Part shown: positions 58,083 through 64,000 of the stretch, piece by piece | How positions within the stretch are numbered: the stretch's first letter is position 1 | Layout: each line of letters begins with the position of its first letter | From: Eledone cirrhosa | Lineage: Eukaryota | DNA length: 64,000 nucleotides | Reading direction: 5' to 3' | NCBI GenBank assembly: GCA_964016885.1 | Contig: OZ024756.1 | Coordinates: 32,984,001-33,048,000 of the forward strand | Position numbers and translations under genes: made by a program | Notes under the pieces: generated by a model | Database searches by the model: none | Seen by the model: only the letters and a program-made list of their open reading frames with translations | Told to the model about the DNA's origin: nothing

Positions 58083-58435
58083 GAGTGTGTGTGTGAGTCT
58101 GGGTGTGTGTGAGAGAGAGAGTATGTTCATGTGTGTGTGCGTTCGTGTTTATAATAGATTCTGCAGTATTCAATTCAATTGAAATTATCCTACTACAGTG
58201 TATATATATATATATGTATTTGAGTCTATTAGAATACATAAATGTAGATGCGTTTCTCCAAAGGTACATAGAGGAATATGTATATATGTGCACACCATAT
58301 TCGTGCATAATAACATGTATGTTATTATGCATGAATATGTTTCATTAAATTCTTACATACGTCTAATTACAACATATTTCTTTTCATTCAAAATAAAGTA
58401 TATTGTATGAAAGATTTTATTACAGAAGAAAACTC

Positions 58436-58623
58436 GAAATGACAGACCTATTATAGTGCCAGATTTGCTGCATTAATATCACTTTCTCTCTTTTCTAAAT
58501 TCAAACCTCGCAAGATCATGTCGGTCTTTCCTTTTTTTTGCATCGATGAGCAATGCACTATGCTACAGATGTTTAATAACAAAAGGTAATTCCCGTCGTC
58601 GATTTCGGTTCATTTTCCTCTAA
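58436..58623 (+). repeat. ~186-bp direct repeat, copy 2
   Basis: Colinear with 53132-53317. Confidence 0.9.
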
Positions 58624-59005
58624 TTTAAAACCCATCGCTGGACGGGATAACGTCCAAATTTGGAACGATACTACCAGGTCCTTTATATAAGCAAGATAGG
58701 CGATCAGATACGGGTGAACACGCAGTATCTATTGCCGAAACATGCCGCACACAGAAAGATATTTAAGTCATCATATTTGAAGAAATTTGCTCTGTGGAAC
58801 ATCAGATTCATTACGGCGCCAGCTAAAATGTTTTATAGCATTATGGCTAGGTCATTTTTGAAATCACCCTCTCCTTTCCTGGGGTTAACGTTCTTTTCAT
58901 CATTCTGGAGTTGATAATGTAGAGTACCTGTTAGGTACCTGGATCGATATGATCGATCTTCACCTACACTCGAGCAAATTGTAGGCTTTATGGCCAATTT
59001 AAAAA

Positions 59006-59077
<72 letters not shown>

Positions 59078-59129
59078 TTTATATATATATATTTATATAT
59101 ATATATATATATATACAGACATATATATA

Positions 59130-59168
<39 letters not shown>

Positions 59169-59209
59169 TGTATGTATATAGACATACAGACTTATACATA
59201 CATACATAA

Positions 59210-59287
<78 letters not shown>

Positions 59288-59965
59288 ATGTATATGTATT
59301 AGTGTGTGAGCATAAAGTATTTTAATGATATCGGTTGTAGACAGATATTTCAATTAACCTCTACACATTTATAGGTCAGCGGTCAGGGAAATCTTTTTTT
59401 ATTAAAGCTATCTACAGTGTTGTACATTTAGTATTTTATTGAACCTTTACAATTATATTTGCACCTTTTCTCATGAAATATCAAAATATTCATTACTCCT
59501 CTCTGACCTTTCAACAACATAAATAATTAAATACAACGGAAGAATGAAAAATAAAAGAATGTGAAATATTAATGAACAATATATCAAAAATGATTTATGG
59601 TGACCGATAATGTTTCAAACAATTATTATTATCTATTTTTTTTTATTTCGACAAATGAATTTCAATTTATATATGGCCGCTTATTTAAGTATTTACAAGT
59701 TATCAGTCATAACTCTATTATGTCTGTTGAACTTGTATTCCGTTCTATATATTTCGTTTCTATGTTTTTATTGTTTCATGTTTATTAAATTTTCATTTTT
59801 TCATGTTTATTTTCTGACTAAACATGGTTCATAAATATAGTGTCGTGTTCTTGCAGCTGCGGTACTTATATATGTTTGTAATGTCTGCAATTTATTCAAA
59901 TAACCTTCTCATTGTAACCCTATATTAAGCGACATAAACACTGTTAAAACGTCAATACACATATG

Positions 59966-60089
<124 letters not shown>

Positions 60090-60922
60090 CGAGATAACAA
60101 GTTATCGTTGTAGGTAATCCACTTAGATGTAGTCCAGTTAGAGTACTCCGTGTTGTGGATGGTTTTAAAATATGACTAAGTTTGACTCAACAAGACGCTT
60201 CCATAGTGATGCAGCGAGTTCGCGGTGATTTATATGTAGGTTATACTTGGAGTAATAATAATTCAACAAATAAGAGTAACATAACTGGTTGTACTATACG
60301 GGCTTTATTCGCAGTGCTGACAATTGTTTCGTTGATCTGGTCGGTCTAGAGCTCACTCATCGCTTGGTGTTGCGTCAATCGATCTCCAATACTTTGTTTA
60401 CAACCAGTCAATACATCAGAGTATGTGGATATGAGGATGACACGCAAGGCATGGCTTTTATAGGAGAGTGGTGTTAGACCAGAACAATAACATCAGTATC
60501 CAACTAACTAGATAGTGAATAATTAAATCATTAACATCAATACAAGTAAGAAATAGTGGTAAAACAAGCATGGTAAACAAACAGATATGATACAGATGTA
60601 TTAAGTGACATGCGAAATCTACCATAGGGTACATTAGTGGTAGTAGTCAAAGGATGAGTTGGATGAAGGCATAAATAATAAAATGTACTTAGAGTCAGGT
60701 TTTGGAATCTACACTTTAAGTACAACTATGTGAGAGAGATACAAGTAAGCTTTGGGTCTGACACCCTACCAACAATAACAGGGAGATTGATTTATGGTTT
60801 GACAGATAAGCGCTTGTGTTAGGTATTTTCTCCTGTTTATCAACTTAGTGAGAATGATGGAGGGAGTGTATAGAGATTGATGGTTTATTGGTAGCTATAT
60901 ATATATATATATACATTATCTA

Positions 60923-61097
<175 letters not shown>

Positions 61098-61389
61098 TGC
61101 CCCGGAATGTCCTCATCCGGATTGCTGGAAGAGGTAAAATAATAAAAATATATATATATATTTCTAAATTTGACCAGATTCAACTCATAAAACATTCTAT
61201 GAGAAGTCAATTGCGCCAGGCCCTGTATCTGTATGTTTATCAATGCGTCCTGAACTCAGCGTGTGTAGCGGTCGCTCCCTCGTAAAATGTAGATATCGTT
61301 GCTTTCGTGGTCTTGGAGCGACTGAATAATTTGAGAGAGAGAAGTAAGAAGTGAAAGAGAGAGGAACGAGAGTGATAGAGCCATAATTA

Positions 61390-61520
61390 AAGCACTGACA
61401 GGTACTTTATATATTGATCTCGAAATAGGTAAATCGAAGTGGACCTTGCCGGCAGTTGATCGCAGATTACTGAGGTCTGAACCAGCTAACGCGAATCCTA
61501 CTAACTAATCCGACGTCTCT
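61390..61520 (-). mobile_element. Highly degraded SINE
   Basis: GGTACTTTAT..TTGATCTCGAAA..GACCTTGCCGGCAGTTGA..TCCGACG. Confidence 0.45.
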
Positions 61521-61876
61521 ATATGTCCATACGTCTTTGTATGTATATATTCTGCGCTTCTATATAATTAAATTTATACATGTACATATATAATTCAATG
61601 GTCTCACATCTATCTACATATACAGATATGTCTTCTTATATATAATATAACCTGTACATATGTGCATATATCCTCTTCAATTTTAAATTACATTCTCAAG
61701 AAAACTCCCCTTTTCTTCTTCGTCGTTTTCATACAACTTACATTCTTACGAACTTTTCTCAATTTTCCCTTCCTTATTTTTCTTTTCTGTCGCGTTGTTT
61801 CTCATTATTTTATATAAGTTACAACTTTACACGCATTCGTTCATACTTCACTTCTTTGTTACAGAAACCTTACAAT

Positions 61877-61927
<51 letters not shown>

Positions 61928-61934
61928 AAGTATA

Positions 61935-62001
<67 letters not shown>

Positions 62002-62041
62002 AAGTATATATATGTATATATATATATATATATATGTATAA

Positions 62042-62112
<71 letters not shown>

Positions 62113-62365
62113 TATATATATATATGTATAAGTATATATATATATCTATATCTATATATAAATATATATATATATATATTTAAGTATATATATATGTATA
62201 AGTATATATATATATATATCTATATCTATATATAAATATAGATATATATATATATAATTAAATATATATATATATATTTAAGTATATATATGTAAGTACG
62301 TATATATATATATAAGTATACATATATATATACATATATATATACATATATATACATATATATAC

Positions 62366-62396
<31 letters not shown>

Positions 62397-62429
62397 CATA
62401 CATATATATATATATACATACATATATAT

Positions 62430-62500
<71 letters not shown>

Positions 62501-62887
62501 AAAATACCTCAATCGTCTTTAAGAATTCAGAATAAACTACAGATATATACAAATATTACAGAAAATATATTACTTCGTTTGTACAATGTTTAACATAGGA
62601 ATTAATGTTTGTATTCAGCTAAGTTTGCCTGTAGCCAGCGACGAGTTACAAGAAATACAGACGAGAGTGGAGAAATTAAAGAAAATGAAAGAATATTACA
62701 ATAAATTTTAACAAGAAGTTCCGTGAGCAAATACTGAATAACAGATTCAATTCCTTTGTATCTTATTGTGTTTACTATCGCCATGATTCCTAATGTAGAA
62801 TGTTTACTATTTAGAATGATGCCAAGGAATAAACAATTCATAGATACACAGACACACATACTTATATGTAAATCCCTTCTGAATTTC

Positions 62888-62982
<95 letters not shown>

Positions 62983-62997
62983 TTATATATATATATT

Positions 62998-63031
<34 letters not shown>

Positions 63032-63052
63032 TATATATACATATATATATAT

Positions 63053-63146
63053 GGAAAGTTATATTTAAATTGTTGGGTTAACAACGAGTAAATATTTATA
63101 ACTGATATAAAAGCACTCAACAAGTATTTGGAGTATATTTATGATA
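63053..63146 (-). mobile_element. Family G tail, diverged reverse copy
   Basis: ATTTAAATTGTTGGG..TATAACTGATATAAAAGCACTCAACAA. Confidence 0.75.
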
Positions 63147-63170
63147 TTAAATAAATGGAAACTATATATA

Positions 63171-63238
<68 letters not shown>

Positions 63239-63349
63239 TAGATGTTTATATCATGTTTAATATGGTGAAATTTAATAAATCGTTACTCAGAGTTATTCAC
63301 GAGCATATACATATAAACATACGTATATACACTCACACATTTAAATATA

Positions 63350-63453
<104 letters not shown>

Positions 63454-64000
63454 TGTGTGTGTGACATGATGTTGCCAACCGCCAACCAATGATTCTTTAT
63501 ATTCTCACGGTTCTTTCTCATCTTATGCACTAAGTTTTAATTTCAAGTGGCAATAATTCCGTCTATATTAGCCTCATGGTAAATAAAGGTTTGAAGTTAG
63601 TGTAAACATACGCGTTTGTTTGAACTTACAATATAAAGAAGCGTTTGGTTTGGAGTTTTATTTACTCTATTGCATTTAACTCGGGATAGTGAGGTTTTTG
63701 CAAATATCAATATCAATTTTTATTCGTTTCGCGTTTATAACTCATATAAGCTGTCAAATTATCGGTCGCGCTCCGATAGGTTTGACGTCAAATCTGTAGC
63801 AGTATAGACTTCCTATTTACTACTATCCCGACGTATTTTTCCAATCACTGGAGTGAATACTGTCAGTTACTATGGCCTGCATCTTTAGGGAAGAGATGCT
63901 ATGAAAGTAGTGAATATTATATTTCTCATATTTCTTCTCATTAAACATTTACTCTATGTCACTTATATAGCATGTTATGCACGTTTCTCCAAGCTTCCTC

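Noticed and set aside
58690-58750. Stem followed by GAAACATGCC
   Set aside because: Both the CUGANGA half and the cleavage triplet are non-canonical

Overview
Very AT-rich, microsatellite-saturated eukaryotic non-coding DNA (intergenic or one very long intron). No intact host protein-coding gene is visible; almost all ORFs in the track are translations of (TA)n/(CA)n/(GA)n/trinucleotide runs. The dominant tRNA-derived SINE with a Nin/Deu-type core suggests an octopod cephalopod (inference from recall, not a search). Recognisable content: about 18 SINE copies (several with TSDs that all start ATTA, stacked insertions, an 87-bp x6 head array, one inverted dimer), two CRE-like and one Tx1/L1-like ORF-end fragments, a ~1.2-kb non-autonomous Helitron and mariner/Tc1 MITE pieces. 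The main unexplained structure is in the short unique-looking islands between (TA)n tracts. Many carry type-I minimal hammerhead ribozyme (HHR) motifs from several unrelated sequence families: about 7 with complete or near-complete folds and several more partial. They share an architecture of HHR plus tail ending in (TA)n, often with a shorter inverted copy of the same tail. In several, the fold-back point lies within the ribozyme, replacing the CUGANGA half. This fits Penelope-like element (PLE) pLTR relics or non-autonomous retrozyme-like elements targeting (TA)n.
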